Of a stretch of 64,000 bases of DNA, positions 50,066 to 63,711 are shown piece by piece. Numbering within the stretch: the first letter of the stretch is position 1; the number at the start of each line of letters is the position of its first letter. The stretch comes from Trichosphaerium sp. ATCC 40318 (Eukaryota > Protista > Tubulinea): positions 1-64,000 of the forward strand of contig JALMLS010000271.1 in the NCBI GenBank assembly GCA_038496445.1, given 5' to 3'. Position numbers and translations under genes: made by a program. The notes beneath the pieces were generated by a model. That model was not told the DNA's origin. It did no database searches and was given only the letters and a program-made list of their open reading frames with translations.

Positions 50066-50610
50066 ATGTCCTGTGTCTTTGTTATCTGCGTGACTAGTAC
50101 AGTTTGACAGATGTGCTCGCTTTATATTTTACATATCCACAAGTACAACATTGTGCGTTTGCATCTAACTAGAGGTGTAAAAGACACTGATGGTTGTAAA
50201 ATATACAGGGATGGAATAACTTGGGCTGTATGTATGAAAAAGATACGCTAGTACACCAGCATAGTGTGGTATGTGAGAATATGTATGAAAGTGGATGCCG
50301 TTCGTTACTAGGTATTATTGCCCTTTGAAAATGTGTACAAGTGACTGCTAAATTGGCTCCAAATCTATAGAAACAGAACCAACTACCCTAGCGCCAGTTG
50401 TTAGTGGCTCTTTGAAACCAACAAATCCAATATCAATACCACCAATTTCTCCCACTGAAGCGTCAAGCGTGCAGACAAATAACCAAAAAAGTACAACATT
50501 ACATTAAGTAAAGACTTAACAAATATAGGTAGCTTACCGGTTTGGACATGTTATAATAGCTGTTTTTGTTGTAGCTGCTATACGGTTTTATAGGCGCCAG
50601 ATTTTATAGA
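50066..50610 (+). pseudogene. Degenerate membrane/surface protein remnant
   Basis: P/T stalk (TEPTTLAPVVSGSLKPTNP) and a hydrophobic segment, interrupted by stops and frameshifts. Confidence 0.35.
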
Positions 50611-50795
50611 ATGTACGTTAAAGCTTTGAAAAAGAACAAAAATGTTCCTGTTCACTTAGTGGCACGTGTACAGAAACAAGATAAAATTAACATTAAATAA
50701 AGTAACAACATGTTGTTATTAAAATTATCGCTTTCTTGAGCTCAAGTCATATCCATATTTTAAGAACAACAAAGTTTATTGAAAAGGCTCCAGGT

Positions 50796-51788
50796 TTAAA
50801 ATACTTGTACACCTGCACTTTTGAGTGCTTTTCGAGTTTCATAATTTACTGTACAGTGTTTTATTTTCAATATCTTGACACTTGAATATGGAAGAAGTGA
50901 ATCAAGCCAGATACATGTTGTGCTTGTAAACGATACATCAATAAAGTGAGCAGTAACAAGACTTTTCAAACACGATCCAGTGATACCTTTACAATAACGC
51001 AGATGAATTGTATGTACACCAACCAATGCTGAAACACCTTTATCAGTAACTTCTGTACTACTTAACTTGATTTCATGTACTCCAGCCAATGCTGAAACGC
51101 CTTTGTCTGTGATAACTTCACATCCACCTAAATTTATGGTATGAACTCCAGCCAATACATACAATACATCATCTGTTACTTTAGAATATGCTAGCCCTAT
51201 TTTAGGTATTCCTTTGAGTGCTTTCATTCCTATCTCTGTCACTCCTGTATTGACCATTCTAATGGATTTGAGGTGTTTCACAAGTGGTATGATACCTGAG
51301 TCTGTGATACAATAACCACTTACAGATAAATGACGTACACCACAAATAGACTTCATTCCTACATCTGTGATACCCATGCAATCCCATAAGTTTAAGTTAT
51401 GTACACCAGATATAGACTGTAATCCTTTATCAGTTATGTTCTTGTTATGGAAAATCACAAGATCTTTAACACCAGAAAGAAGAGCGATATCTGTATCTGT
51501 TGCTTTTTCAAAATATAGTGACATTCTTGTGCTTTTTAGAAGAGGGCTTCCTGAAATAAATGAACAATCCTCACTTGATTCAATACTGATTATGTCATAT
51601 CCAATGTGATGCCTGATAATATCTGATAATCGCATACAACTTAGAGAAACAGGGAATCTTTCACTTTTTTTCAGATATTGAAGCAATTGAGCGAGTATCT
51701 CTGTTGGAATGTCTAACAGTGAGGTATCGCTTGTTGATTCATTATAAAGATCTTGATTTGAAGTATTAGACATTGTTTTTAGCTCCAT
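50796..51788 (-). CDS. F-box + LRR protein (divergent, intronless), 330 aa
   Basis: LLDIPTEILAQLLQYLKKSERFPVSLSCMRL F-box. AGVHTINLGGCEVITDKGVSAL-type repeats. Confidence 0.88.
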   Translation of the reverse strand: MELKTMSNTSNQDLYNESTSDTSLLDIPTEILAQLLQYLKKSERFPVSLSCMRLSDIIRHHIGYDIISIESSEDCSFISGSPLLKSTRMSLYFEKATDTDIALLSGVKDLVIFHNKNITDKGLQSISGVHNLNLWDCMGITDVGMKSICGVRHLSVSGYCITDSGIIPLVKHLKSIRMVNTGVTEIGMKALKGIPKIGLAYSKVTDDVLYVLAGVHTINLGGCEVITDKGVSALAGVHEIKLSSTEVTDKGVSALVGVHTIHLRYCKGITGSCLKSLVTAHFIDVSFTSTTCIWLDSLLPYSSVKILKIKHCTVNYETRKALKSAGVQVF

Positions 51789-52256
51789 TTTATTGCCCTT
51801 AAGGTACCAAAGGTGGTAAGTTTCTAAAACGTTGTAGTATTTTTTGGCAAAGTCACGTGGAATTAGGTTAAAAAACTATTGATATTTTGTTGTCGTTGCT
51901 AACGTATGTTGTAGTGTTAGGCATGGCTTATTTAATGAACCTACCAGTAAAACTGTACGACACCACGTTATTGCCGTTGAGTAATTATCCAAACTGTAGT
52001 TAACTATGGCCACCGTGCGGGGTTATTGGTTAATAGTTATGACGCTATTTGACTTTTTAGTCAACGAGAATAGGCTGGGTGAAAGTTTTTTCTCCGACCA
52101 TCAACAAATTGAGTTCAGTCGCCGGACGGAAAAGCTCTTAGAGCTTACATAACATAAAAAGGCTTTTATACAAACTGTACACAACCAAGCTACTTGACTA
52201 ACATATAAATCCCCACAGTTGTAAATGACATTAAATATCGGTCGCAAATCTGACAT

Positions 52257-53661
52257 CTACCAAGAAGACAAGCCAAGTAATTTCTCACCCAATGAAGATA
52301 CTTTGAAATCTTTTGGTATGATCTCCTTCACTAATTCAGTACGTTTAATCCAATCATTACTATCAGTATGTTGTGGTAACATCTTGATGTACTGAACAAG
52401 ACGAAATGTGTTACTATCATTTGCTTGATTGCAATGAGGTAGTTCTGAGTTCCATATGATAATACTACCAGGACGTGCAGTAATCTTTTGTCCTTTTTTA
52501 ATGATTGGAGAGTTATTTGGAACATATGTGATTGTTGTAAGTTCAGAACTTTGCTTTGCATATTCAGTATCTTTTGTTTTTTCGCAGAAATCTATTTGTG
52601 GAATACGTTTTAGTCTATTACTATGTGTTGACTGTAAAAAAACTGTCTAGACTTACCTTTAATATGTTTATGGAACCCAGGAACAGCCCAAAACCCACCA
52701 GCTCCATGTTTTGAGTCACCAAGGTTAATAAGTCCTTGAACCTTAACATGACCATATTGCTTATTCCCATTATTTTCTGACATGAAATTTTTGAACTTGT
52801 ATGGATCCAATGGCTTTCCAGAGCCACTCCATCGCCAAGGATTTAAGTCCCAGTGAACCCAGTCGCCTTTTAAATGTTAAAACTCAGTAAACAAAGAAGT
52901 ACGCACCAGCTGAAGTCGATGCCCATTCCGGTTTATCAACGGACTTGACATTTTTTATTGGATCAACTCTTGATCTAACAGGGTCCTCTGGAAGCTTTCC
53001 TTGGGGTATCTGCCGTGTTGGCCTCATTATACCATACCTGAGAATAACAGTCAATATAACAAAAACACCAAGTACATGATAAGGAGGTCAATGTTAAGTC
53101 AAGATACCTATCAAGTGAAACCCACAAGTCTTTTTGTTGAAGTAAAGTTGAAAAAACGTTGTAAACCGATTCTCTTTGTCTGTTCTCAAAAGCAAGAGGT
53201 GTTACTGCTAGGTCGCCAAAAAACCCAACTTCAAGACCAGTTGGCCACGATCTAGAGTTGTTTTTAAGCGCATTGGACTAAAAACAGCGCAAAGTAACGT
53301 ACTTGTCGTCCCACGTTGATGGGTCGTTCCTATCTATATTGGGGACGTTGTAGCCCCATTTATTGGACTCTAGCTGATGCCAGATTTCTTTAATTGTATC
53401 GTTTCTTTCGTTTTCTGATAGCACATCGTTGATAACAACGAATCCGTATGTATCAAAGAACTGTTTGTACGTTTCTGCCTGATTTGTAGAAAACGAAGTT
53501 GTATAGCCTTCAATATCTTTTTTAACCTCAGGAACGTCATAATTGAGCGTGGAAAAGATCAAATCGGGCCCTTTGGGTTGATTTATGTCTCTTTTGTTTG
53601 TATCGCCTTGTTTTAGTGTTTGCTGGTTAAAACCCTTCAATTGATCAAGAAGAGATGCCAT
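52257..53661 (-). CDS. PhyH-like Fe(II)/2-oxoglutarate dioxygenase (multi-exon)
   Basis: FFDTYGFVVINDVL, WVHWDLNPW (HxD), VQGLINL...GGFWAVPGFH, PGSIIIWNSELPHCN...FRLVQY (distal His and Arg). Confidence 0.85.
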
Positions 53662-54009
53662 TCAGAACGGTTAGATGGCTTTAGGAGTTTGTTGCCTGAC
53701 CTCAAATCAACATTCTTAGTCGAATTTCTAGAGAAGAGTTTGTTGAAATAGATGAATATTGCGAAAACACACATTCTATAACTATCTAATTAGCTAACTG
53801 TCGTATAAGGTTCCACCATACTCCAGAGTGAGTGTGTTAATACGTTTTGTATAGCGTAGTGGTTAGTACGCGACATAACCAAAAGTACCGTTTAATATCA
53901 TTGTAGGAGTTTAAAGAGTTTTCTAGAGTGTCAGAAGGAAGCTTCACGTGGGTAGATTCATTTTGGTAGATGCAAAGCAGTTGAGTTTCGCGTTCTTTTT
54001 GTGGATGTA

Positions 54010-54182
54010 GACTCAAAAGTACTTGGCACTTGACAAGACAAAGACAATCGTTGAAGTAGGTGCAAGAACAGGCGTTTTCACGTGTTTACTTGGTAATTAG
54101 CCTTACAAACGCCCACGTACCATAATTGATGTTTATTTAGTTCCAACGAACGCTAAAATTATCGCTGTTGAGCCTGTTGAAG
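54010..54182 (+). pseudogene. Class I SAM-dependent methyltransferase fragment
   Basis: KTIVEVGARTGVFTCLL|VPTNAKIIAVEPVE resembles motif I/II with G>R. Upstream stop, no continuation. Confidence 0.45.
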
Positions 54183-54465
54183 GTACGAGTATCTAGTGAG
54201 GTGGTTTAAACCAACATCTATGTACCTATGTTTTTATGTCGCTTTGATATCCTCTAACGCTATTAAACATTGAAGTACATAATGTAAAAAGGGTGTTGAA
54301 GCGATTCGATTGGTTTTAGAATTCTAAGAGTATCAACGCTACCCCTCTTATTGTAATGTAGTAACTCATCTGCGGCAGGTTTAAAACCTACCATAAGAAA
54401 TGGCGTCAAGCTTAGTAGTTCAAAAGCCAACGAATATTGAGCACGTCACGTAACCTAACGTTTTA

Positions 54466-56489
54466 ATGGCAGAGCCGCAATCTTCGTCGGGTGATTTACA
54501 ATATGCTAACCGTTTGGCCACTGGTTACGCACATTCAATGGTAATCGCAGACGATGGCTTTGTTTACACGTGGGGACAAAACGATCACCACCAATTGGGT
54601 AACACAGACGAAAGAAAGAGTTCTATCGCAAGACCAATAAAATCAGTCATAAATATCGTCTGTATTGCTGCTGGATTCTTTCACAGCCTTGCAGTTGATT
54701 CAAACGGTATTGTGTATGCATGGGGCCGTAATTCAAATGGTGAATTGGGTCTGGGTGACTTTGCGTCACCTGTTTCATCACCAACACGTGTTCCAAATCT
54801 CAACAATATCACGAAAGTCTCTGCCTTTTTTGTGAGTATGGCATTATCAAAATCAGGTCATGTCTACTCTTGGGGAGACAACGAAAATCAAGGATTGGGT
54901 CATTCATTTGACAATTCAAAAGTTTCATCACCAGCGGTTATTCCAAATCTTCAAAATGTTCAAAAAATTCAAACTAATCGGTATGTAAGTGGAGCAATGA
55001 CATCAACAGGTCATGTCTTTCTTTGGGGAAAAACAGATAATAAAGCAAAAGATAAATCATTATTCTTGAAACCAAAGACAATTTCACGTGTTCCAAGTAT
55101 TGATGATGCCACTGATATTGCCATTGGTAATGAGTATGTACTTGTTCTCCTCAAGTCAGGACACGTATTTTCTTTTGGAGACAACTGGTATGGGTGTCTT
55201 GGGTTGGGTATTGATCACAAGTATGGCCAGGGTATCATCAAAGGACTCAATAACATCAAATCTGTACATGCTGGTATATATACATCATTTGTGATTGATG
55301 ATGAAGGTTGTTTGTTTGGTTGGGGTAAAGGGAAATGGATTGTTTGGTTCAAATCATACAAACCATTAAAATTACCTGGAAAATATCTTGAGTTTTCCAA
55401 TAAACGATTTCATTACTTGGCAACATCTCATGACTTTCAGTTGGTCACAGGTGGAGATAATGATTATGGTGAATCAACACCACAAAAGTTAACATTCAAC
55501 AATCACCAAAAGGTACTTTGTAATCTCATTCATCTTTTTGTCTATTTGACAAGTCATTAGCAAACAAACAAAGATACAATCGACACTCAACAATTGGATG
55601 AACAGCCAATCAACAAGTCATCGATCAAAGTACATCCATCCGAAGAGATGTTCACGTCAAAAAAGGCCGTTCAAGATGTACCTCAGAAATTTGGACAAAC
55701 AGAACAAGATCTTCAGATTCTCGAAAATGCTCATCATCTCATTCAATCCAAACAGCAAAGTAAGTGCTCATTCCACTATTCTTATGTTTTGTAACTCTTT
55801 TATACTTTAAGGACAAGAAGACTCTATTGATTCAATCAACTATAACCCACCCACCAATGAATCAAATCAACATCCACCTTTAATCGATGCTGATGATCTT
55901 GTATCAAGACAATCATGGGTTCAAGATAAGTTTGCAACAATCAACCTTGGCAACGTACAACCAAGATATTTCATTTAACACATATTTATTTACGTCAATG
56001 TTAAGGATGCTTCGTCTAATTCACTTCGAGCCAAATCAACCTCTTCGCACTTCAATGGCGACTCATCCATAAAGAACCCTTCTCAACCCTCCGTTGATGT
56101 AGATGACCTTGTTTTGCAACAGTACTGGAAGAACAAGATTGAATCTATTAATATTGATAAGAGAGATGTATCAATACCAGTTGTACCTGAAACAGTAGAC
56201 ATTGGCAAAGTACGACTCTTTCTCTCAGGAGCGATACATCACCTAACTTTTATTGCAGCCTTCACCATCAGCTCCAGTTCTACCAGAACAACCGTTGAGA
56301 GGGAAAGTTGAATGGGTGAATATCTTGTTATTGGCAGAGATTGAGAGATCAAGAGCTCAAACACTTGGATCAATGTTGGATGAAGCATGTATTGAGATAC
56401 AAGAGTTAAAAGGAGAAATAATGAAAGTGTTTGATTTTACAGCAATTGAGCGTGCAAAAGTTATCAAGTATAAAAAAGACCATTGTTAA
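54466..56489 (+). CDS. RCC1/BLIP-II repeat protein with low-complexity and helical C-terminal exons
   Basis: Repeats such as IAAGFFHSLAVDSNGIVYAWGRNSNGELGLGD. The intron 55513-55560 continues in frame into downstream exons. Confidence 0.85.
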
Positions 56490-57283
56490 ATCAATAATAA
56501 ATAGTAGTTTACAAAAAAAACGTCTGTTTATTCTCATTTCTGATTCACTGCATGTCGACCACATCTCAACAAGTTCCACTTATGTACACTATGTATTTGT
56601 GCTTATTAAGTAGTGAAGGGGTGTTGGAGGCAACTATGGCTATTCTTGAAGGTTTTTTTTAATTATCTTTCAACTGGAAATCATTCACAAGTCGCTACAT
56701 TTAAGCTCACAAGTGGAATGCAAAATGTAACTTCTTTATCAGCTCAAGCGATTTCGTCCTTTTTGGCACATGATGACTTTTGTTTTAATTACTATTGGAT
56801 GTATTCTTGGCGTTATATTGTTGATTGGCCTAATCTGTATGTCACGTTTTTTGTTTTGCCTTTTTGTTTCTGAAAACGACACGGTCGTCAGAACAGGGGT
56901 GACTCAAATTAGACAGGTTTGGGCTTGAAAAGATACAAAGTCCAAGACGCTATGCCACGTGTTTTAATAGTTATTTTCGCACGTAAATCTAAACATAAAC
57001 AGTACACTACCAAGCAAAGAGGAGAAACTTTTAAATTAATTGGTTCTACAACTAATAAATGTGACTTTTTTTTTTTTGGTGTGATATTGTGCTTTCTACC
57101 TAAGTTTGTCCGTGACATACTCAAAATCCAGGTACCCTTTCAGTAACAAGTGAACATCTATTTGAAGATCCTGGACATGTCGCTTCAATGTAACACTTCC
57201 ACAAGCCTGACTGCCTAATGAATTTGTTTAGATGAGTTTTTTTCTTTTTTCTTGTGGTTTGAATTAACCTTACCTCAACAATT

Positions 57284-57650
57284 CTACAGTTCCCTTCCTG
57301 AAAACAGAGCTTGAATTAGGGTAACTTGTTTTATCTCTGAATTTAAATAACAGAAGACCAGCATTGCTATCCCAATGCCAAGCAAGAGAATCAGGAGAAG
57401 ACCAAACCTGCAAACACAAAATTGTTCAGTTTTCACAAACGCTAGTTTTTGTTGTTTAACTGGTACCTGACTTGCAGAGTTTACCCTACGTCCATTGAAT
57501 CGTGCTGTGTTACCATTATCTTTACAATAAACAGTAAAACTTGATGATCTCGGATAATGAAATCCAGTAACAAGACCTTCTTCATTAGAACGATACCAAA
57601 TACGACGACAATTTCTACCTCTAGATTTCAATATAGGTACACTTTACGAA
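57284..57650 (-). pseudogene. Possible degenerate membrane-protein remnant
   Basis: Hydrophobic FGLLLILLLGIGIAMLVFCYL after an intron-like segment. Flanking frames are broken. Confidence 0.3.
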
Positions 57651-58211
57651 CTTAGCACTCTCGCTTGCCTCCAATAATCCATGTTAGAACCAGCAATATC
57701 GCTGTGCCAATGAATGCGGTTGGCTTTTGGATGCTAGCCAACTAATCATGCATCACACATTGCTGTTGCTAAGATGCCAAAATCAGTTGCCGTCTTACAC
57801 AGTTATGTGGATGGTTGTTTGTTGCATGTTACGTTTTAAAGGGTATCGCACTGCGCAATACAACTGTTTGGTAAGCTGCTTTTCAAAACAATTGTGCTTT
57901 TGTACACGCACCAAACCCGAAATACCCGCAATCTTCACAACTTAACACTTGCTACTTTGATGTACTAACACATGTTTTTTATTGACGATTGAACAAAAAG
58001 CCAAGGTGGTAAGTCATAGTACTATGCTTAATTTGTACTGAATACCCATTGACTCAATAGACTCTTTTGTACCCAGGACAACCAAATTTTGAAGCACAGT
58101 TTTAGAGCTTTTAAAGTCTCAAACAAGTGTGTTATACAAAAGAATTTATTTTGGTTTTTTTTTTTGGTTCGGAGAAAAGTTTTTCTATTTCACATGCTAG
58201 GTTACTTGTTA

Positions 58212-61200
58212 TTAAGTTCCTGAAGTATGTATATCCCCTCCTTTCCTATTCGTTTTGACTTCAACTATGTACTTTAGAAACACGTGCTCATCTAAGCAAT
58301 AATGAGTTAAGTAACCAAAAATGTTACGTAAAATAAAATAAGAAAAAATTAAGAACACTGCAATGATTTGTGCTTGCAGCACTGCGAACAGGATGTGGTA
58401 TTTTTGTAGTTATTTGATGATAATTACAACTATACAACTATCTTTAAAGTTTTATATTGCGTGTTATAGAACAGAGCTCTAACACTAATTTTTGTTCAAG
58501 TAAACAACTAACTAAACATACCTCTCGGAACAACAAGTTCATCAAAAAGTTCACCGTCTTTCTTTGCTGCAAAAATATCTTCTATAGGTTTACCTTGTCT
58601 ATCAACTATAAAACAAGGGGTTAGTTTACAACATTCAAATGAAGGCATTGAACTCACCTAATACATAATGACTTTGATAACCTTCTTTTATATCTTTCAA
58701 TAAAAGAGACTTTGAATCCGCATAAGGATCTTCTACTACAGGATATGTATTACCCATTATCACGTATGTTATTGCTACAAACATTGTAGCAGCTGGTTCA
58801 AATAAAGCAGCATATGTTAACGACGTCTAAGCACAAGTTAGTTGTGAGAAAAAAAAAGGAAACGAAAAAAGAAAGAGTTTATGAACGTTTGCTTCAAAAA
58901 GTATGAAACAAGTAATGTTTTCTACACACGCTCAATCATCGCGATATAAATCGAATTTTATGGACATACCGTAAAATAAATACCTGTCCCATACCAAGCA
59001 CCATCTATAAAAAAATGAGAAAAAAAAATCGTTGCTAATGCTTTCTAATCTAACACAAAGTAAAAAAGTTCTTGTTGAACTTCAAGTATTCAATATCATT
59101 AATTAAAGCGTATTAAAGAAAATAAAAATAACGATTGTTTTGACAAAGTCTTGTAATTGGTAGAAAAGCGCACTGAAGCGAGAAGTAGAAAAAACGAAGC
59201 ACTTCGACTCTTCTTGGTATAAAATAACTGTTCATTACTTACCTTGGTGTTCTATAGGTCTGAAACCACGTGCACAAGTTGTTATTATATCAGCTTTATC
59301 AATAACATGAGCAGCAACCATAACTTTTACAGAATTCTGTGAATTCCACTCAAGAATACCAAACTTCGCATCTGCATGTGCCATGACAGCAATACGCTTT
59401 GAAGATCTTGTCTTAACCCATGCGTTTTGCATATAAGTCTCTGGATCTGATTCATGACAATCCACAAGATCATGAAGAGTATCTGAAAATCTCTTATACA
59501 TTTTCGAATTATCTATCGCCCATGCGTTTACAATCACGTGATTACTTCCATCCATTGAATTTAATAAATCTTGTAACCTTTTTTGAAAAAAAAATCATGT
59601 GACTATCACGTGGGAAATAAGTCGAAAAGAAATAAGTACCTATTGAGTTCTTTTAATGCTGTAAAATCATTTTTCAATGCAGGTCCATTTAAGTGTAGTT
59701 GAGTGTAACTATTAGTCTTGTCTTTTATTACCATCCATTCTTGTACTTGATAAAGCTCTGGTGAAAAATGAAATAATTGCTGTTGCATAGACATCGCTTT
59801 ACCAAAATCAACGACTAGTACACTCGAAGTTAACAAAAAAAAAATAAATCATTTATGTCAAAAAAAAATTGGAGACAAGATTACCAGATGACGCACTGTT
59901 GCTTACTGTGGACCTTCCCCTATCTCTTAAGAGGAAAAATATTAATAAAAATAAACCACCAAGACCTAACACTAAAGCTAGAACGATAATAATAACCAGA
60001 TAAGTCGTATTAAACCCTCCACCATCGTCACTAGGACCAACAGCAGATGCAGTAGGAACTACAGCTGTAACATTTGAAGGTGCTTCAGTAGGCGCCTCTG
60101 TAAGTGCTTCAGTCGGTGCTGATACAGGTTGTTCCGTAGGTTCTTCAGTTGGCGGTGTGGTCGTCGGTGCGAGTGTGGTTGGAGGAGGGCTCACTTCGAT
60201 TAACGAAGGTGTTGATTCTTCACAAAAACTGGGCGTTCCAAATCTGGATTATTTAGTTAAATAAGCGGCAATGGAAAATATAATTTTGTGGTCATTTGGT
60301 GTACCTGTTCACGCCTTCGTTTGAGTACGAAAATGTAAACGCTCTTCTATCTTCTGCAATACCCCATAACGTAAAATTGCCAGGCTCTTCCCAGCACACT
60401 AAAAACAACATTACGAATACTTTAACTTTAGTTATAAGACAAACACTGTTGTATCACGTGGTATCAATACGTAAATCACTAGCAAGCGTGTCTTGATATT
60501 CATGGGTGTAAAAAAGAACACAACTACAAAATTCTGTTTGATGGTACCTTCCCAGGAACAAGTCAAAACGCTGTCAGTAGGTAACATAGCATTACCAACT
60601 ACTACAGCATAGGCATCTCTAATGATCATGACATCCTATTTAAGTAGATAACACCATAAATATACAGCCTTATAAACGCTTATACTTACTTCTATATTGC
60701 ACGTGACTGAGCCATCTGTTACAAAACCAGTTGGAGTTGGAAAAGTAAATCCTAAAGGAATTTCTTTTTCTGGCACTCTTGGAGGATTCATGGCATTGTA
60801 GGTTATCGTTGAACAGTCTCCTATTAACTCGTATTAAATTTAAAATAATTAAATATAATTTTACCAACTGTTAGCGATGTTCTTGGTTCTATCACGTGCC
60901 ATGCAACGACGTTTGACGAACAACAAAATTGTGAAATTGTAGCACTTTCATCCACTGTTAATTTAATCCTATCTACGCTTTGAAATACTCCCTGGTTGTC
61001 TGGTTCTAGGCATATATTGCTACAATACAGTGAATCAAAATTACATAAAATAGAAGCTGTGGAAGGAGTACTTTGTACCAGAATTTGCTTCGATTCCAAA
61101 AGACGACGTTGCCTTTAAGCCATCTGAATCCCATGCTTCGATTTGTATGTTATTAACATTACCGCCATTGTTATCTATTATAACGTCCCAACATGCTATA

Positions 61201-61666
61201 ATTATTTAAGTAAATACTAAAAAGTTCTACAATAATTATCGTGGGTACACGTGGTTAACGGACGCGACGCGAAAAGCGTCAACGTTCAAGTTTTTTCGAA
61301 AAAAGTTTGTTTTTTCTATTTTTTTGTAGTACCACAGCCGTTCGCATCAAGATTCTCGCCTCCTATATCAGTATACTCCCAAATACACTGACCACTATCT
61401 GGTGGAAACGACAAACACGTCAATCCATCCACGTGCGCACTAGAAGTCACGTTTTCTCCGGCGGGATCCATTGTACAACCCAAAACCCGAGATCCAATAA
61501 AATCTCCTTGTACAGCTTCTAAAGTAGTATTGGGACTTGCTCCTGTGCACAGTGCTGGCTCCTGAGCATTTGTAAATAAGTCCACAGCATAGGGAAGCGT
61601 CTGTCCCCGTATTGATTGTATACACAACCAAGCTACCAGAATAACAAAGGAAGCTTGGCCATTCAT
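58212..61666 (-). CDS. Single-pass receptor-like protein with a cytoplasmic PARP-like (ARTD) domain, 13 exons
   Basis: Signal peptide, Cys-containing ectodomain, P/T/E stalk, TM YLVIIIVLALVLGLGGLFLLIFFLL + RDRGR. Cytoplasmic VAAHVIDK...CARGF...DGAWYGTGIYFT|TSLTYA...VIMGNTYPVVE...GYQSHYV...FDELVV...VFLKYIVEV. All introns can be joined in frame. Confidence 0.85.
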
Positions 61667-62049
61667 TGTGTTTAGCTGAAGGTAAAGGCGCAGCCGGCGG
61701 AAAAACCAAAGTCTACGATATTCTCAAAGACGCCTATCACGTGCGCACCTAAATATATTAGAAGAAGGTTATCACGCAGGATATAGAAAGAGTGAATAAG
61801 ATCTTGATGTAAGACATTAATCTTGGATTAGAAGTCGCTTTAGAGCTTTGATAATACAAGAGCTATTCACTTACGTATAAATAGACGCTAATTAAAGCGT
61901 CTAAGGTCACTCAAACGCATTTCGAAAGAGGACACCGGAGTTTTCGTAACTTGAAGAAATACGACTTTTTTTTTGGTGAAGTTGGCTTTTTTTTCACTTC
62001 AAAAAAGGCAATATTTTGTACAAGCATCACTGGGTAACGTACAAGCACT

Positions 62050-63137
62050 ATGGCTATCACATGGCAGACAGTTATGAATTTTGTAAAGCTCCTTGAGATT
62101 ACAAAGGGCAGAGATAAGTTCTCAAAGCTCCTACAGTACACTGCATGGGCTATACGCTGGTACCTGGTAAAATACCAACCAACCAGCAAAGAACTCGCAC
62201 AACGATTTCAAAACTTTAGAATGGGCGCTGGTGGTGCGCGTAAACTCTTCAGATTGGGTCGCTCATTGGTTAACGTGCAAAAAATTCGATTGACCATAAT
62301 GGCCGCTTCCCATAAGCAATTCGAGGTCAGCGACGCACTGACTGTATTAAGCAACACTGGTTTGGCTGCTTTCTTTTTCTTCGACCATGGTGTTATGCTT
62401 AGCACCATGAAAGCCTTTGATTGGGATAAACAAGCATTGGTACGCCATTAAAGACGATTATTACGCACTTTTCTCAATTCAAAAATCTGTCAAAAACGCA
62501 GCTGATATCGTAGCTTGTCTGCGATTAATACCCCAAACACCCATATACATTCGTTAACACTATTAAACGATAATTTGTGCAATCCACTCACTTTATTCGT
62601 TAGAAGCAATTATCAGCACGTGGATGGTTTTGGGGACTCTTCTTTGGTTTATGTGGTATGCTATAGGCGTTTTGAATAATAATTAGGCACTTTTGCGTAT
62701 TTTGTGACAACTTTCTTGTCAAATCTTCACTACGCGAAACGCGTAGTTGGTTTTTTTTAATATTCATGTATCTTACGCGCGTAGCCGATATCACTGGATA
62801 CCAAAAAATTGCAGAACAGGACAGAGCAGCAAAATTACAAAAAAATTGGCTTCGTGTGAAGGAATTAAGTGCAAGAAGAGCCAAAATGCAGAGGCAGATT
62901 GTTGCGAGATTATGTGATCTTGTGGCTGCTTCAAGGGCTTCAGAAACTATCACCTTTTGGAGCGAGGTACGCTTTAACATTGATACGAAAAAAATTTGGG
63001 CAAAAAGCAGATTTCTCCTTTTAACCTCCATATCACTCATTCTTACTTTTGAAAAGGGTTTTGTCGCTGGGTGTGGTATACTCAGCGCCAGTATTGGCAT
63101 GTATGAACTCTGGCCAAAGAAAAAAGAGGCGCTTTAA
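62050..63137 (+). CDS. PEX11: Peroxisomal membrane protein PEX11 (4 exons)
   Basis: LLEITKGRDKFSKLLQY, ARKLFRLGR, FFFFDH, RLCDLVAA, GCGILSASIGMYELW. Confidence 0.9.
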
Positions 63138-63645
63138 AATTTTTCTCGTTGTACGCGAAATAGACGCTGTTTTGTTAGTATATACGCCTGTTATATAAGA
63201 TAAGCAATTCCATGACCTTTTTGGTCATTGGGCTTGGTTTTTTTTTTGATGTAACGTGCACGCGGGTTTTGTGTACCCGTAGGGAACATACGGTTTCGTG
63301 GTAGCCAAATAAAAGCATGAAACCTAAATGAGGAATGTTTTGGGAGAATAAATGTAGCTGAAGGCTGTTTTAGTACAAAAATAGACTGACTTTGACCTTA
63401 ACTACTTCTAAAGGCGGCAGCGCGCGTTCGACTAGTTGTATTACCTGCTCAAAGGCATTACAGTACTTGGTAATTCTACATTATTGAGATATCTCCCAGA
63501 CGTCCAAATGAACACGAATGCATCGACAGGTACGTTTTATACGCGTTTTATCACGAGTTATTGACATTAGACGCAGTGTGAAAGATCTAGAAGTTTGCCT
63601 TTAAATAAGCGCAAACTATTAACGCATGGCCCTTTGGACATAACA

Positions 63646-63711
63646 GAAGTGCTCCTAATGGTATTCGCACATATTCTCCCGAAGGATAGAAAAAGTTGTC
63701 AGGCTGTTTGC
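63646..63711 (+). other. F-box-like exon fragment
   Basis: AG|..EVLLMVFAHILPKDRKSCQAVC|GTACGT. I could not join it into an intact gene within the window. Confidence 0.4.

Noticed and set aside
53843-53890. tRNA-like 5' half (TAGCGTAGTGGTTAGTACGC, D-arm/A-box-like)
   Set aside because: No anticodon stem, T-arm (GTTCRA) or acceptor pairing follows.
58030-58075. Short match to the 3' end of the 47878 LRR gene
   Set aside because: Only ~40 bp of remnant, too small to call a feature beyond noting past family turnover.
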